A stretch of DNA of 64,000 bases, taken from Escherichia coli. Lineage in GTDB: Bacteria; Pseudomonadota; Gammaproteobacteria; Enterobacterales; Enterobacteriaceae. The stretch's first letter is position 1, and each line of letters begins with the position of its first letter. This document shows, in pieces, positions 39,495-50,472 of the stretch. A model generated the notes under the pieces. It was given only the letters and a program-made list of their open reading frames with translations, was not told the origin of the DNA and searched no databases. The translations under genes were made by a program, and so were the position numbers. The DNA is taken from the NCBI RefSeq assembly GCF_013122565.1, contig NZ_CP053258.1; one strand, given 5' to 3'.

Positions 39495-39605
39495 TATCAT
39501 CGCAACCAAACGACTCGGGGTGCCCTTCTGCGTGAAGGCTGAGAAATACCCGTATCACCTGATCTGGATAATGCCAGCGTAGGGAAGTCACGGACCACCA
39601 GGTCA
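39495..39605 (+). promoter_or_regulatory. TPP (thiamine pyrophosphate) riboswitch in thiM leader
   Basis: ggggtgcccttctgcgtgaaggctgagaaatacccgtatcacctgatctggataatgccagcgtagggaa matches the classic thiM thi-box aptamer, immediately upstream of thiM SD. Confidence 0.8.
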
Positions 39606-39636
39606 TTGCTTCTTCACGTTATGGCAGGAGCAAACT

Positions 39637-40425
39637 ATGCAAGTCGACCTGCTGAGTTCCGCGCAATCTGCGCACACGTTACACCTTTTTCACCAACATT
39701 CCCCTCTTGTGCACTGCATGACCAACGATGTGGTGCAAACCTTTACTGCCAATACCTTGCTGGCGCTCGGTGCATCGCCAGCGATGGTTATCGAAACCGA
39801 AGAGGCCAGTCAGTTTGCGGCTATTGCTAGTGCCTTGCTGATTAACGTTGGCACGCTGACGCAGCCACGCGCACAGTCGATGTGTGCCGCCGTTGAGCAA
39901 GCAAAAAGCTCTCAAACACCCTGGACGCTTGATCCAGTAGCGGTGGGTGCACTCGATTATCGCCGCCGTTTTTGTCTGGAACTTCTGTCTCATAAGCCAA
40001 CCGCCATACGTGGTAATGCTTCGGAAATCATGGCATTAGCTGGCATTGCTAATGGCGGACGGGGAGTGGATACCACTGACGCCGCAGCTAACGCGATACC
40101 CGCTGCACAAACACTGGCACGGGAAACTGGCGCAATCGTCGTGGTCACTGGCGAGATGGATTATGTTACCGATGGACATCGTATCATTGGTATTCACGGT
40201 GGCGATCCGTTAATGACCAAAGTGGTAGGAACTGGCTGTGCATTATCGGCGGTTGTCGCTGCCTGCTGTGCGTTACCAGGCGATACGCTGGAAAATGTCG
40301 CATCTGCCTGTCACTGGATGAAACAAGCCGGAGAACGCGCAGTCGTCAGAAGCGAGGGGCCAGGCAGTTTTGTTCCACATTTCCTTGATGCGCTCTGGCA
40401 ATTGACGCAGGAGGTGCAGGCATGA
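39637..40425 (+). CDS. thiM: Hydroxyethylthiazole kinase
   Basis: 262-aa ORF after TPP riboswitch; GGCAGGAG SD. Confidence 0.95.
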   Translation: MQVDLLSSAQSAHTLHLFHQHSPLVHCMTNDVVQTFTANTLLALGASPAMVIETEEASQFAAIASALLINVGTLTQPRAQSMCAAVEQAKSSQTPWTLDPVAVGALDYRRRFCLELLSHKPTAIRGNASEIMALAGIANGGRGVDTTDAAANAIPAAQTLARETGAIVVVTGEMDYVTDGHRIIGIHGGDPLMTKVVGTGCALSAVVAACCALPGDTLENVASACHWMKQAGERAVVRSEGPGSFVPHFLDALWQLTQEVQA

Positions 40426-41222
40426 AACGAATTAACGCTCTGACGATTGCCGGTACTGATCCGAGTGGTGGTGCGGGGATTCAGGCCGATCTTAAAACCT
40501 TCTCGGCACTTGGCGCTTATGGTTGCTCAGTTATTACTGCACTGGTGGCGCAAAATACCCGTGGCGTACAGTCGGTGTATCGCATTGAGCCTGATTTTGT
40601 CGCCGCCCAGCTCGATTCGGTGTTCAGCGATGTGCGAATCGACACCACTAAAATCGGTATGTTGGCGGAAACCGATATTGTTGAAGCGGTGGCAGAACGG
40701 TTGCAACGTTATCAGATCCAAAACGTGGTACTCGACACCGTTATGCTGGCAAAAAGCGGCGACCCGCTGCTTTCACCTTCGGCGGTTGCTACGCTGCGCA
40801 GTCGATTATTGCCACAGGTTTCATTAATAACGCCAAACTTGCCCGAAGCTGCTGCCTTGCTCGACGCGCCACACGCGCGCAACGAACAGGAAATGCTGGA
40901 ACAAGGGCGATCGCTGTTGGCGATGGGCTGTGGCGCAGTGCTAATGAAAGGTGGTCATCTGGATGATGAACAAAGCCCGGACTGGCTGTTTACTCGTGAG
41001 GGAGAACAACGATTTACTGCACCGCGCATTATGACCAAAAACACCCACGGCACTGGTTGTACGCTCTCTGCGGCGTTGGCTGCACTACGCCCGCGCCATA
41101 CAAACTGGGCTGACACCGTACAGGAGGCAAAAAGCTGGCTTTCATCGGCGTTAGCCCAGGCCGACACGCTGGAAGTTGGTCACGGTATTGGTCCGGTTCA
41201 CCACTTCCACGCCTGGTGGTGA
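40422..41222 (+). CDS. thiD: Hydroxymethylpyrimidine/phosphomethylpyrimidine kinase
   Basis: 266-aa ORF, ATGA-overlapped with thiM stop. Confidence 0.95.
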   Translation: MKRINALTIAGTDPSGGAGIQADLKTFSALGAYGCSVITALVAQNTRGVQSVYRIEPDFVAAQLDSVFSDVRIDTTKIGMLAETDIVEAVAERLQRYQIQNVVLDTVMLAKSGDPLLSPSAVATLRSRLLPQVSLITPNLPEAAALLDAPHARNEQEMLEQGRSLLAMGCGAVLMKGGHLDDEQSPDWLFTREGEQRFTAPRIMTKNTHGTGCTLSAALAALRPRHTNWADTVQEAKSWLSSALAQADTLEVGHGIGPVHHFHAWW

Positions 41223-41277
41223 GCACCGTACTATAGCTGCTTTGGTTATTGTCAGTCTTTGGCGCTGACATTCAGGG

Positions 41278-42105
41278 ATGAAACCAATGCAGCTAAGAAT
41301 TACCAGTCGAAAAAAACTCACCGCTCTATTATGCGCTCTTGGGCTAATTTCCATCGTTGCAATTTATCCGCGTCAGACGGTGAATTTTTTCTATTCGACA
41401 GCAGTTCAGATTACAGACTACATCCACTTCTACGGTTATCGCCCGGTTAAATCTTTCGCTATTCGTATTCCTGCCAGTTACACCATTCACGGAATAGATG
41501 TTTCGCGCTGGCAGGAGCGGATCGACTGGCAGCGGGTGGCAAAAATGCGCGATAACGGTATCCGCTTACAATTTACCTTTATCAAGGCGACGGAAGGCGA
41601 AAAGCTGGTGGACCCCTATTTTTCGCGTAACTGGCAACTAAGCCGCGAAAATGGCCTGCTGCGCGGGGCGTATCATTATTTCTCCCCGTCGGTATCCGCT
41701 TCAGTTCAGGCGCGATTATTTCTGCAAACGGTGGATTTCTCACAAGGCGATTTACCTGCCGTGCTGGATGTAGAAGAACGGGGAAAATTATCGGCAAAAG
41801 AATTACGCAAGCGGGTAAGTCAGTGGCTAAAAATGGTCGAAAAAAGTACGGGAAAAAAGCCGATTATTTACTCAGGAGCCGTTTTTTATCACACCAATCT
41901 GGCGGGCTATTTCAATGAATATCCGTGGTGGGTGGCTCACTACTATCAACGTCGTCCGGACAATGACGGCATGGCCTGGCGCTTCTGGCAGCATTCCGAC
42001 CGTGGACAGGTAGATGGCATCAATGGTCCGGTGGATTTTAATGTATTTAATGGCACGGTGGAGGAGTTGCAGACATTCGTTGATGGGATTAAAGAAACGC
42101 CTTAA
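41278..42105 (+). CDS. yegX: Glycoside hydrolase family 25 (lysozyme-like) protein YegX
   Basis: Signal/TM N-terminus then GH25-like sequence; alternative start at 41287. Confidence 0.75.
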   Translation: MKPMQLRITSRKKLTALLCALGLISIVAIYPRQTVNFFYSTAVQITDYIHFYGYRPVKSFAIRIPASYTIHGIDVSRWQERIDWQRVAKMRDNGIRLQFTFIKATEGEKLVDPYFSRNWQLSRENGLLRGAYHYFSPSVSASVQARLFLQTVDFSQGDLPAVLDVEERGKLSAKELRKRVSQWLKMVEKSTGKKPIIYSGAVFYHTNLAGYFNEYPWWVAHYYQRRPDNDGMAWRFWQHSDRGQVDGINGPVDFNVFNGTVEELQTFVDGIKETP

Positions 42106-42156
42106 ATAAGAAGCAGTGATATACTCCCACCAGACTCCCTGGCAGGAAAAAGACAA

Positions 42157-42903
42157 ATGGAACAAGCGCATACCCAGCTGATTGCCCAACTGAACGAGCG
42201 TATTTTAGCGGCGGATAACACGCCGCTTTATATTAAGTTTGCCGAAACGGTAAAAAATGCCGTGCGCAGCGGGGTGCTGGAGCATGGCAATATTTTGCCC
42301 GGTGAGCGTGATTTAAGTCAGTTAACCGGCGTTTCGCGCATTACGGTGCGCAAGGCGATGCAGGCGCTGGAAGAAGAGGGCGTGGTGACGCGTTCGCGTG
42401 GTTACGGCACGCAGATCAACAACATCTTCGAATACTCGTTGAAAGAAGCGCGAGGTTTTTCTCAGCAGGTGGTATTGCGCGGGAAAAAGCCCGATACGCT
42501 ATGGGTTAACAAGCGTGTCGTGAAATGTCCCGAAGAAGTCGCGCAGCAGCTGGCGGTCGAAGCGGGAAGTGATGTCTTTTTGCTTAAGCGTATTCGCTAT
42601 GTCGATGAAGAAGCGGTATCGATTGAGGAATCGTGGGTTCCGGCGCATTTAATTCATGATGTTGATGCCATCGGAATTTCTCTTTATGACTATTTCCGCA
42701 GCCAGCACATTTACCCACAACGTACGCGTTCCCGCGTTAGCGCCCGGATGCCAGATGCCGAGTTTCAGTCACATATTCAGTTAGATAGCAAAATACCGGT
42801 GCTGGTGATCAAGCAAGTGGCGCTTGACCAGCAGCAACGGCCTATTGAGTACAGCATCAGCCACTGTCGCAGCGATCTATACGTTTTTGTGTGCGAGGAG
42901 TAG
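42157..42903 (+). CDS. yegW: GntR-family (HutC-like) transcriptional regulator YegW
   Basis: N-terminal winged-HTH, C-terminal UTRA-like domain. Confidence 0.85.
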   Translation: MEQAHTQLIAQLNERILAADNTPLYIKFAETVKNAVRSGVLEHGNILPGERDLSQLTGVSRITVRKAMQALEEEGVVTRSRGYGTQINNIFEYSLKEARGFSQQVVLRGKKPDTLWVNKRVVKCPEEVAQQLAVEAGSDVFLLKRIRYVDEEAVSIEESWVPAHLIHDVDAIGISLYDYFRSQHIYPQRTRSRVSARMPDAEFQSHIQLDSKIPVLVIKQVALDQQQRPIEYSISHCRSDLYVFVCEE

Positions 42904-43842
42904 TTCCTCGCGCGTTGGCGCACAATCACCGCCCCGATGCCCGACAACCCACGACGCCACTGCATTCCCCAGTAATACGGCATCCGCCAGTGGCAGACCA
43001 GAAGCCAGCCCGGCAAGTACGCCACCGGCATGACTGTCGCCCGCCCCAATGGTATCTACAACTTGCGTTGGATATGCTGGAACGCAGCCAGAAGCGTTGT
43101 CGCTGAAATACCATGCGCCCTCTTTATCGAGACGAACGATCAACGGCGCGGCAAATTTCTCCTGCCATTGCTTGCCAAGTGTTGTTATCTCTGCGGATAA
43201 AGCAAAACGTTCGGCGGCAATCTCAGCCTCTTGACGATTGAGTGACACTAAAGGTCGACAGGCCATGATCCGCGCCAGTAATGCGTCCGGGATATCGCCA
43301 ATACGTGGGCCAAAATCGATAAACGGCGTCACGTCTTGCAGCTTTTCCAGCCATTCCACTAACAATTCGCCGCAGGGCGAGGCCAGTTGATAACCGGAAA
43401 AATAGAGCAGGCTGCCAGGCGCAACGGTTAATCGTGCCAACCATTGGTGATTCCATTGATTTTCCACACCGCTGAATGACATAAAAGTGCGTTCGCCATC
43501 AGGCTCAACCAGCGCTAGACACCAGCCGTTATCACCTTCGGCGTTATCGATCAGGCTGATTAAGCCCTCTTTTGCCATCCGGTTGCGAATAATCTCCGCC
43601 CATACCCCCTGACCGAGCGGCAAGGCATTACCCGCTTCGATGCCGAGGCGCTTTAACGCCACGGCAATATTCAGTGCGCAGCCGCCAACGTTAACGCTCT
43701 GCTGTTTCAGTTCGATATCGCACCCACGCCAGGGGAGGGCATAAGCGTCGGCGATCACGTCAATGACCGCCGCGCCGACGACCATCACCGGCTGACGCGT
43801 GGTTAATTCAGGCAGCAGCGTGTGTAATCGAGCGCCGCTCAT
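42877..43842 (-). CDS. yegV: PfkB-family sugar/nucleoside kinase YegV
   Basis: PfkB motifs (GG, DTxGAGD); 3' end overlaps yegW 3' end by 27 nt (convergent). Confidence 0.85.
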   Translation of the reverse strand: MSGARLHTLLPELTTRQPVMVVGAAVIDVIADAYALPWRGCDIELKQQSVNVGGCALNIAVALKRLGIEAGNALPLGQGVWAEIIRNRMAKEGLISLIDNAEGDNGWCLALVEPDGERTFMSFSGVENQWNHQWLARLTVAPGSLLYFSGYQLASPCGELLVEWLEKLQDVTPFIDFGPRIGDIPDALLARIMACRPLVSLNRQEAEIAAERFALSAEITTLGKQWQEKFAAPLIVRLDKEGAWYFSDNASGCVPAYPTQVVDTIGAGDSHAGGVLAGLASGLPLADAVLLGNAVASWVVGHRGGDCAPTREELLLAHKNV

Positions 43843-44843
43843 ACCGCCTCCCGTTGTTGACGATATTTCGCCAGCGCCGTGGCATAGCGGTTGAAATCAA
43901 GCTGATTTACCGCATCCAGTTCCGCCTTTAACGCAGGATCGATAGCGTTAACGCCATGCAACGCGCCGCAAATCGCCGTCGCCATAGCACCGATGGTGTC
44001 TGTGTCGCCGCCAAGGTTAGCGCAGAGAACGGCGCAACGGTTCGGGTCGGTTTGTGCCAGTTCAACCAGCGCAATGGCGCACGGAACGGACTCAATAGTG
44101 CTGGTACCTGCGCCAACGACCTGGTAAAGCTGTTCGCTGGCGGATTCGGTGCCGTCGGCATTGCGCACAATTTTCAGCGCAATCTCCAGACGTGCTGCCA
44201 GTGAGGCGCTGAAGGTAGTGATGCGTTTTTGCTGTGCATGTCGCGCAATTGAAGGCAGTGAATCAACAATCGCTGACCAGCTTTCTCCGTCAATGGCACG
44301 AGAAATCGCCCATGCGATGACTACCGCACCTGCAACCGCCAGATCGGATTTATGGGTCGGGCTGGACGCCAGCGCCACATCATCAATAAAGGAATCAACA
44401 TCGCGCGCCGGAAGCAAACAACCTAATGGCGAGACGCGCATCGCTGCGCCGTTGGTCACGCCGTTGTTTTCCAGTTCAGCAACGGGTTTACCGTCGCGAA
44501 TGGCGTTAAGCGCAATCTTCGAGGTCGGACCTAGCACGTTTTTGTTGAAGGCGTCGAAACGCAGCGCCCAGTCGAGGATATTACGCCCAATCAGATCCGG
44601 ATCGATCTTGCCTTCACGTTCCAGCAACGCATCCGCCAGACACAGCGCCATCGAGGTATCGTCGGTGAATTCGGCGCGGTTAAAATAACAGGCCGCGTTA
44701 TTCTCCTTTGGTCCAGGCAGAAAACGGTCAATCCAGCCAAAGTGTGCTTTAACGCGGCTGCGTGGCCAAAGCTCGGAGGGCATCCCCATCGCATCCCCTA
44801 ACGCCTGCCCATAAAGAGCACCGAGAATACGTTCTGTTTTCAT
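43839..44843 (-). CDS. yegU: ADP-ribosylglycohydrolase-family protein YegU
   Basis: 334-aa ORF; ATGA overlap with yegV. Confidence 0.85.
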   Translation of the reverse strand: MKTERILGALYGQALGDAMGMPSELWPRSRVKAHFGWIDRFLPGPKENNAACYFNRAEFTDDTSMALCLADALLEREGKIDPDLIGRNILDWALRFDAFNKNVLGPTSKIALNAIRDGKPVAELENNGVTNGAAMRVSPLGCLLPARDVDSFIDDVALASSPTHKSDLAVAGAVVIAWAISRAIDGESWSAIVDSLPSIARHAQQKRITTFSASLAARLEIALKIVRNADGTESASEQLYQVVGAGTSTIESVPCAIALVELAQTDPNRCAVLCANLGGDTDTIGAMATAICGALHGVNAIDPALKAELDAVNQLDFNRYATALAKYRQQREAV

Positions 44844-46117
44844 TTAACTTCCCCTTGTGTCAACGCAATATCGCGATCATCGACCTTGATAGCCGTAATT
44901 TCGTTGTCGGATTCGCGGAAAAAAATCATGAACAGCACGGCGATAATGGCAATCATCACCGCGCCGAAAGTCCACATCCCGGACCAGTTGAAAGTCAGCC
45001 CGTTTACCGGTTCCGGATAAGCGAACATCTTTTCCATCATCACACCGCCAAGACGATAGCCGAGCAAACTGCCGAAGCCCTGGCAGCAGAGCGTGATCAG
45101 CCCCTGCGCGGCGGTACGCATATGCACGGGGGCTTTTTTATCGACATAGATGTAAGCGGTAACGTAGTAAAAATCGTAACTTACGCCATGCAGCAAAATA
45201 CCGAGGAACAGTAACGCGTAGGTGAAATATTCATCCGCACTACCGTAAATAAAGAAGCCATAGCGGATCGCAGCGGTGACCAGACCAAGCAATAATACCT
45301 TTTTGATACCAAAGCGTTTAGTGAAAAACGGCAATGCCAGCATAAAGAAGATTTCAGAGAACTGGCCGAGCGTCATCCAGCCAGTGGCGTTTTTCATGCC
45401 GACTTCGGTCAGATACCCGTTGGCAAAGATGTAATAGAACGCCAGTGGCATCGCAAACAGGAATGAACAGAAGAAAAAGACGAGGAAGTTTTTATCGCGC
45501 AGTAGGATCAGCGCATCCAGGCCGAGCATGACTTTAATGTCCATTTTGCCGGTGCTTTTTGGCGGCGTGTCGGGCAGGAAAAACGCAAACACACCGAGCA
45601 GAGCAGAACTTCCGGCGGTAATCAGCAGCGGGATGTTAGTCGGTGAGATATCGGCATACCCCAGCATTTGCGGCAAGAAACCACATGCCAGACCGGAGGC
45701 AATCCAGCCGATAGTGCCCATCACACGAATGCGCGGGAAATCACGCTCAACATCCGGCACGTTGGCAAAAGCGATGCTGTTAGTCAGCGCAATGGTCGGC
45801 ATATAGGTTAGCGAGTAGGCCAGCAGTAACGGGAAGAACCCGGCAAAAGTGGTCTGTTGCGCAGCGAAATACATCAGCACCGTACCAGCGAACATCAATA
45901 CCGCCAGCACTTTCTGCGCCGAGAAAAAGCGGTCAGTGATGGAGCCAACCAGAATCGGCGACAGGATCGCCGCAATGGCGGTACAGGCATACGACCAGCC
46001 AATTTCTCCGGCGCTAAAACCGCTTTTACTTAACCACAGCCACAATGGCACAAACCACGCGCCCCAGATAAACCATTCAACAAACATCATGAACGACAGC
46101 TTTGCTGTTGTTTTCAT
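44840..46117 (-). CDS. yegT: Nucleoside:H+ symporter-family transporter YegT
   Basis: 12-TM MFS-like protein; overlaps yegU start by 4 nt. Confidence 0.85.
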   Translation of the reverse strand: MKTTAKLSFMMFVEWFIWGAWFVPLWLWLSKSGFSAGEIGWSYACTAIAAILSPILVGSITDRFFSAQKVLAVLMFAGTVLMYFAAQQTTFAGFFPLLLAYSLTYMPTIALTNSIAFANVPDVERDFPRIRVMGTIGWIASGLACGFLPQMLGYADISPTNIPLLITAGSSALLGVFAFFLPDTPPKSTGKMDIKVMLGLDALILLRDKNFLVFFFCSFLFAMPLAFYYIFANGYLTEVGMKNATGWMTLGQFSEIFFMLALPFFTKRFGIKKVLLLGLVTAAIRYGFFIYGSADEYFTYALLFLGILLHGVSYDFYYVTAYIYVDKKAPVHMRTAAQGLITLCCQGFGSLLGYRLGGVMMEKMFAYPEPVNGLTFNWSGMWTFGAVMIAIIAVLFMIFFRESDNEITAIKVDDRDIALTQGEVK

Positions 46118-46372
46118 CTTTTAATTCCTTCATGACAGGTAATGTAAGGTACGCGATGACAATACCATTTAATAATACCTTTTAAATACCTTTGCGGTGA
46201 AAACTTGACCGCGGTAACATTTTTCTGATGAATCGAGCCAACAGAAAACGCTGAAAAAACATCCAAAAGATGGAAAAACTCGCCTGTAACGACCAGGATT
46301 ATGATTGCCCGCAAAAGGCGGGCCAGGACAATCCATAGCCGATATCCAATCGGAATTTACGGGAGCATAGTA

Positions 46373-47425
46373 ATGACAGATATTGCGCAGTTGCTTGGCA
46401 AAGACGCCGACAACCTTTTACAGCACCGTTGTATGACTATTCCTTCTGACCAGCTTTATCTCCCCGGACATGACTACGTAGACCGCGTGATGATTGACAA
46501 TAATCGCCCGCCAGCGGTGTTACGTAATATGCAGACGTTGTACAACACCGGGCGTCTGGCTGGCACAGGATATCTTTCTATTCTGCCGGTTGACCAGGGC
46601 GTGGAGCACTCTGCGGGCGCTTCATTTGCCGCGAACCCACTCTACTTTGACCCGAAAAACATTGTTGAACTGGCGATTGAAGCGGGCTGTAACTGTGTGG
46701 CATCAACCTACGGCGTGCTGGCTTCGGTATCACGACGTTATGCACACCGTATTCCTTTCCTCGTCAAACTCAACCATAACGAAACACTAAGCTACCCCAA
46801 CACCTACGACCAAACACTGTATGCCAGCGTAGAACAGGCTTTTAATATGGGCGCGGTGGCGGTTGGTGCGACTATCTATTTTGGCTCGGAAGAGTCACGT
46901 CGCCAGATTGAAGAAATTTCTGCGGTTTTTGAACGTGCGCACGAGCTGGGCATGGTGACAGTGCTGTGGGCCTATTTGCGTAACTCCGCCTTTAAGAAAG
47001 ATGGCGTTGATTACCATGTTTCCGCCGACCTGACTGGTCAGGCGAACCATCTGGCGGCAACCATAGGTGCAGATATCGTCAAACAAAAAATGGCGGAAAA
47101 TAACGGCGGCTATAAAGCGATTAATTACGGCTATACCGACGATCGCGTCTACAGCAAACTGACCAGTGAAAACCCCATCGACCTGGTGCGTTACCAGTTA
47201 GCCAACTGCTATATGGGGCGTGCCGGGCTTATCAACTCAGGTGGAGCTGCAGGCGGAGAAACTGACCTTAGTGATGCGGTGCGTACTGCGGTAATTAATA
47301 AACGCGCAGGCGGTATGGGGCTGATTCTGGGGCGGAAAGCATTTAAGAAATCGATGGCTGACGGCGTGAAACTGATTAACGCCGTGCAGGACGTTTATCT
47401 CGATAACAAAGTCACTATTGCCTGA
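46373..47425 (+). CDS. fbaB: Class I fructose-bisphosphate aldolase (350 aa)
   Basis: ORF trimmed to [16 protein letters not shown] with GGGAG SD. Confidence 0.9.
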   Translation: MTDIAQLLGKDADNLLQHRCMTIPSDQLYLPGHDYVDRVMIDNNRPPAVLRNMQTLYNTGRLAGTGYLSILPVDQGVEHSAGASFAANPLYFDPKNIVELAIEAGCNCVASTYGVLASVSRRYAHRIPFLVKLNHNETLSYPNTYDQTLYASVEQAFNMGAVAVGATIYFGSEESRRQIEEISAVFERAHELGMVTVLWAYLRNSAFKKDGVDYHVSADLTGQANHLAATIGADIVKQKMAENNGGYKAINYGYTDDRVYSKLTSENPIDLVRYQLANCYMGRAGLINSGGAAGGETDLSDAVRTAVINKRAGGMGLILGRKAFKKSMADGVKLINAVQDVYLDNKVTIA

Positions 47426-47433
47426 TGTGAAAT

Positions 47434-47459
47434 CATCCTCTCCCATGAGGGAGAGGATG
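47434..47459. terminator. Hairpin between convergent fbaB and rbtT-like gene
   Basis: catcctctccc-atga-gggagaggatg inverted repeat. Confidence 0.4.
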
Positions 47460-47481
47460 AGTGCCTGATGCGTTTCGTTTT

Positions 47482-48756
47482 TCAGGAGATATTCAATGCT
47501 TTCTCAGTCACTGGCGCAGAACTGAATCCTGGCTGCTCAACGCGAATGAATGCGCAAAGGACAAAGGCCAATAGATACAATGCTGTATAGGCAATGACCA
47601 CACCGATAGTGCTAAACCACGGTAATAACACCACGGCAATTGCCGGAGCCAGGAAGTTAGACATACCCGCAGAGAGGTTGTAAACCGAGATTGCAGCACC
47701 TTTGTGTTTTGGTTCCAGTGCCGGGAAGACAGCGGCCATCGGCACAAATGCAGCAACAAAAGTTCCCAGAGCAATCGCCGGAATCATTGCCATCCAGTAG
47801 TTGTGACCAAAGTATTGCGGCATGTAGTAAAACGCTAAACTTGATGCTGCCATCCCGAGGCAACCAAACCAGCGAATAACACGCATCCAGCCCATTTTTT
47901 CTGCCACAATCCCCCAAAAAATATTAGAGAAAATAGTGGTAAAGAAAAATGCCGCCCAGACCTGCAACCATTCAGAGGTGGTGAATCCCAGTTCATCCAC
48001 AAACATCATTGGCATAATGACCGCAAAACCGAATAACGATAAGGTATTTATAATGCGCACAATACTGGAGAGAAAAATATTGCGGTTGGTATAAAGTAAA
48101 GTTACTGCCCGACTTAATTCTGCAAACTTCTCACGGGGAGTTAAATTATGCATATGTCCAGGCGTTTTAACATGACGCAAGGAGATCATGGCAATGACAC
48201 CGCCAGCAAAGCAGAACGCCAGTGCCAGCCATAAGGTTCCCATTTCACCCATAATCGGTATCGTAAAACTGGGAATATAACTGCCAGCAACACCGATCCC
48301 TACTGAATATACCGCCCAGTACCAACCCAGAGCAGCACTGGAATTTTCGCTACGCACGTTATGAATAATAACGACGATAAATGAGTAGAGAAATAGCGGA
48401 TACGCTAAACCACGAATCCCGTAAAACAGCAGGATTAACCCATAGTTTGCCTGTCCTAATCCAAAGACCAGAAACAGAACATGGAATACGCACCATAGGA
48501 CAAAACCAATCAGCATGGTTTTTTGCGGCGTGATGATTTCCGCTACCACCCCAGAAACCCAGGCGGAAAGGGCAGCCGCCAGGCCGTAGAGCGTAAAGGC
48601 AAAAGAGGCTTCCGCAGGTGTGAAGCCTAACGATTTAATATAGTGCGATAAGAATGCGAGTTCGAAACCATCACCAGTCATAAATACTGCGATGGCGATA
48701 TATCCCCATATCAGATGCAGTGGCAAACCCAACCACTGTTTATTATTTCTGGACAT
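47482..48756 (-). CDS. rbtT: MFS polyol transporter (ribitol transporter-like)
   Basis: ~80% identical paralog of the dalT-like gene at 56485..57762; last gene of rbtD-rbtK-rbtT string. Confidence 0.7.
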   Translation of the reverse strand: MSRNNKQWLGLPLHLIWGYIAIAVFMTGDGFELAFLSHYIKSLGFTPAEASFAFTLYGLAAALSAWVSGVVAEIITPQKTMLIGFVLWCVFHVLFLVFGLGQANYGLILLFYGIRGLAYPLFLYSFIVVIIHNVRSENSSAALGWYWAVYSVGIGVAGSYIPSFTIPIMGEMGTLWLALAFCFAGGVIAMISLRHVKTPGHMHNLTPREKFAELSRAVTLLYTNRNIFLSSIVRIINTLSLFGFAVIMPMMFVDELGFTTSEWLQVWAAFFFTTIFSNIFWGIVAEKMGWMRVIRWFGCLGMAASSLAFYYMPQYFGHNYWMAMIPAIALGTFVAAFVPMAAVFPALEPKHKGAAISVYNLSAGMSNFLAPAIAVVLLPWFSTIGVVIAYTALYLLAFVLCAFIRVEQPGFSSAPVTEKALNIS

Positions 48757-48857
48757 ATAAACCTCGTTTTTAGGGTGCAGATGAATGCACTCCGGGATAT
48801 TACCGGAGTGAGTCGTTATTATTGATTGCCTGAAAACAGCGTCAGGCGGCTGGTTAA

Positions 48858-50462
48858 TTAGTCTCTGAGTAATTTTGCAGTATGCTGCAACTGCTTATAG
48901 GCCTCATATCGACGATGATGAAGAGATTGATAGCGTTCTTGCGGATAATAATATTTATCCACATGGGTGAATTGTTGCATCGCTTCGCCAACAGAAGGTG
49001 CAATATTTCCGGCGACAGCACCAAGAATGGCCGAGCCTAATAAAACCGGTTCGCAGCATTGCGTCGTAATGACCGGAATACCGCAAGTATCTGCCAGAAC
49101 TTGTCGTACCAGTGGATGCTGCCCGGCACCGCCGCTAATAACGATATTTTTACTCACTACTCCCTGCGCTGTTTGAGCGTCGAGAATTTGGCGCAGACCA
49201 TAACCAATTCCGCATAATCCAGCGATATACAAGGCGAGTAAATTATCCAGATCTCGCTCCATACCCAGGCCACAAATTACCGCTCTGGCATGAGGATCTG
49301 CGAAGGGGGCGCGATTTCCGAGAAATTCCGGCACCACGTGTAGCCCTTTCGCCAGGGCGACAGCATCTGATGGTTGCGCCGTTTTTTCGAGGATTCGATC
49401 AGCAAGCCAGACGGGGAGGGGCTGATTCACACGTTGTGCCATTTCACGAGCTTCTTCAACAGCCGGATGGAAATCCAGTAGCTGGTCAATAGCTGCTCCC
49501 GCAGCACTTTGCCCGCCTTCAACTAACCACAGACCTGGAACCATCGCACTGTAATACGGCCCCCAGACACCTGGTACAAACGAGGGAGAAGTTGTAGATG
49601 CCATGGTGCATGAAGAAGTGCCGAAAACATACGCGAGATTGTTCAGCGCTCCACCTTCTACGCCAACCGTACCGATGCCACCAGCGTGAGCATCAATTAA
49701 CCCTACAGCGACAGGTGTGCCGGGGAGTAATCCCATCTCTGCCGCGGCTTGTGCTGTTAAACCATTTCCACAAGGTGTTCCGGGAGAAACAATATGATGA
49801 CCAATGCGAATAAAATCTTCATCCGCTAACTCTGCAAGGCCAATGGTGCGGAAATAATCTGGATCCCAGCGATTTTCATGCGCCAGCCACGTCCATTTAC
49901 AGGTAACAGTGCATACTGAACGCGCTAAATCACCGGTAGCCCGCCAGGTCAGAAAATCGGCCAGATCGAAAAATTGTCCGGCCCGTTCGTAGATCTCTGG
50001 CATATTTTCTTTCAGCCAGAGAATTTTCGGTGTTTCCATTTCAGGCGAAATTTTACCACCGACGTAGTTCAGCACCGGATGGTGAGTGGCATTGATTCGC
50101 TCTGCTTGTTCGGTGGCGCGGTGATCCATCCACACAATGATATTTTGCTTTGCATCTCCTTCCGGGCTGACAGGCAATGGATCACCGTTTTTATCCAGTA
50201 CCACCAGAGAACAGGTGGCATCAAAACCGATGCCTGCCACACTTTGTGCACAAACGTCTGCCAGAGTGAGCGCATTACGAATACATGAACAGACCGCCTG
50301 CCAGATCTCCTGGCTGGACTGTTCCACGCGGCTTCCGCTGCGCCGTGTAGTTGTGATTTTTTCTGTGGCATGGGATAGCAGAGATCCGTTGAGATCAAAA
50401 ATCCCGGCGCGGACACTGCCTGATCCCACATCAACACCAATAACGGTTTTGGTTATTGTCAT
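48858..50462 (-). CDS. rbtK: FGGY-family ribulokinase (D-ribulokinase-like)
   Basis: N-terminal VIGVDVGSGSVRAG sugar-kinase motif; start chosen at MTITKT (ORF extends to 50486). Confidence 0.75.
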   Translation of the reverse strand: MTITKTVIGVDVGSGSVRAGIFDLNGSLLSHATEKITTTRRSGSRVEQSSQEIWQAVCSCIRNALTLADVCAQSVAGIGFDATCSLVVLDKNGDPLPVSPEGDAKQNIIVWMDHRATEQAERINATHHPVLNYVGGKISPEMETPKILWLKENMPEIYERAGQFFDLADFLTWRATGDLARSVCTVTCKWTWLAHENRWDPDYFRTIGLAELADEDFIRIGHHIVSPGTPCGNGLTAQAAAEMGLLPGTPVAVGLIDAHAGGIGTVGVEGGALNNLAYVFGTSSCTMASTTSPSFVPGVWGPYYSAMVPGLWLVEGGQSAAGAAIDQLLDFHPAVEEAREMAQRVNQPLPVWLADRILEKTAQPSDAVALAKGLHVVPEFLGNRAPFADPHARAVICGLGMERDLDNLLALYIAGLCGIGYGLRQILDAQTAQGVVSKNIVISGGAGQHPLVRQVLADTCGIPVITTQCCEPVLLGSAILGAVAGNIAPSVGEAMQQFTHVDKYYYPQERYQSLHHRRYEAYKQLQHTAKLLRD

Positions 50463-50472
50463 GATTGCGCCC

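Noticed and set aside
13290-46117. Possible functional link between WGR-like domains (known from PARP enzymes) and the ADP-ribosylglycohydrolase-family gene yegU
   Set aside because: The genes are more than 15 kb apart, separated by unrelated operons (metG, mrp, fimbriae, rcn, thi) and not co-oriented; the association is probably coincidental.
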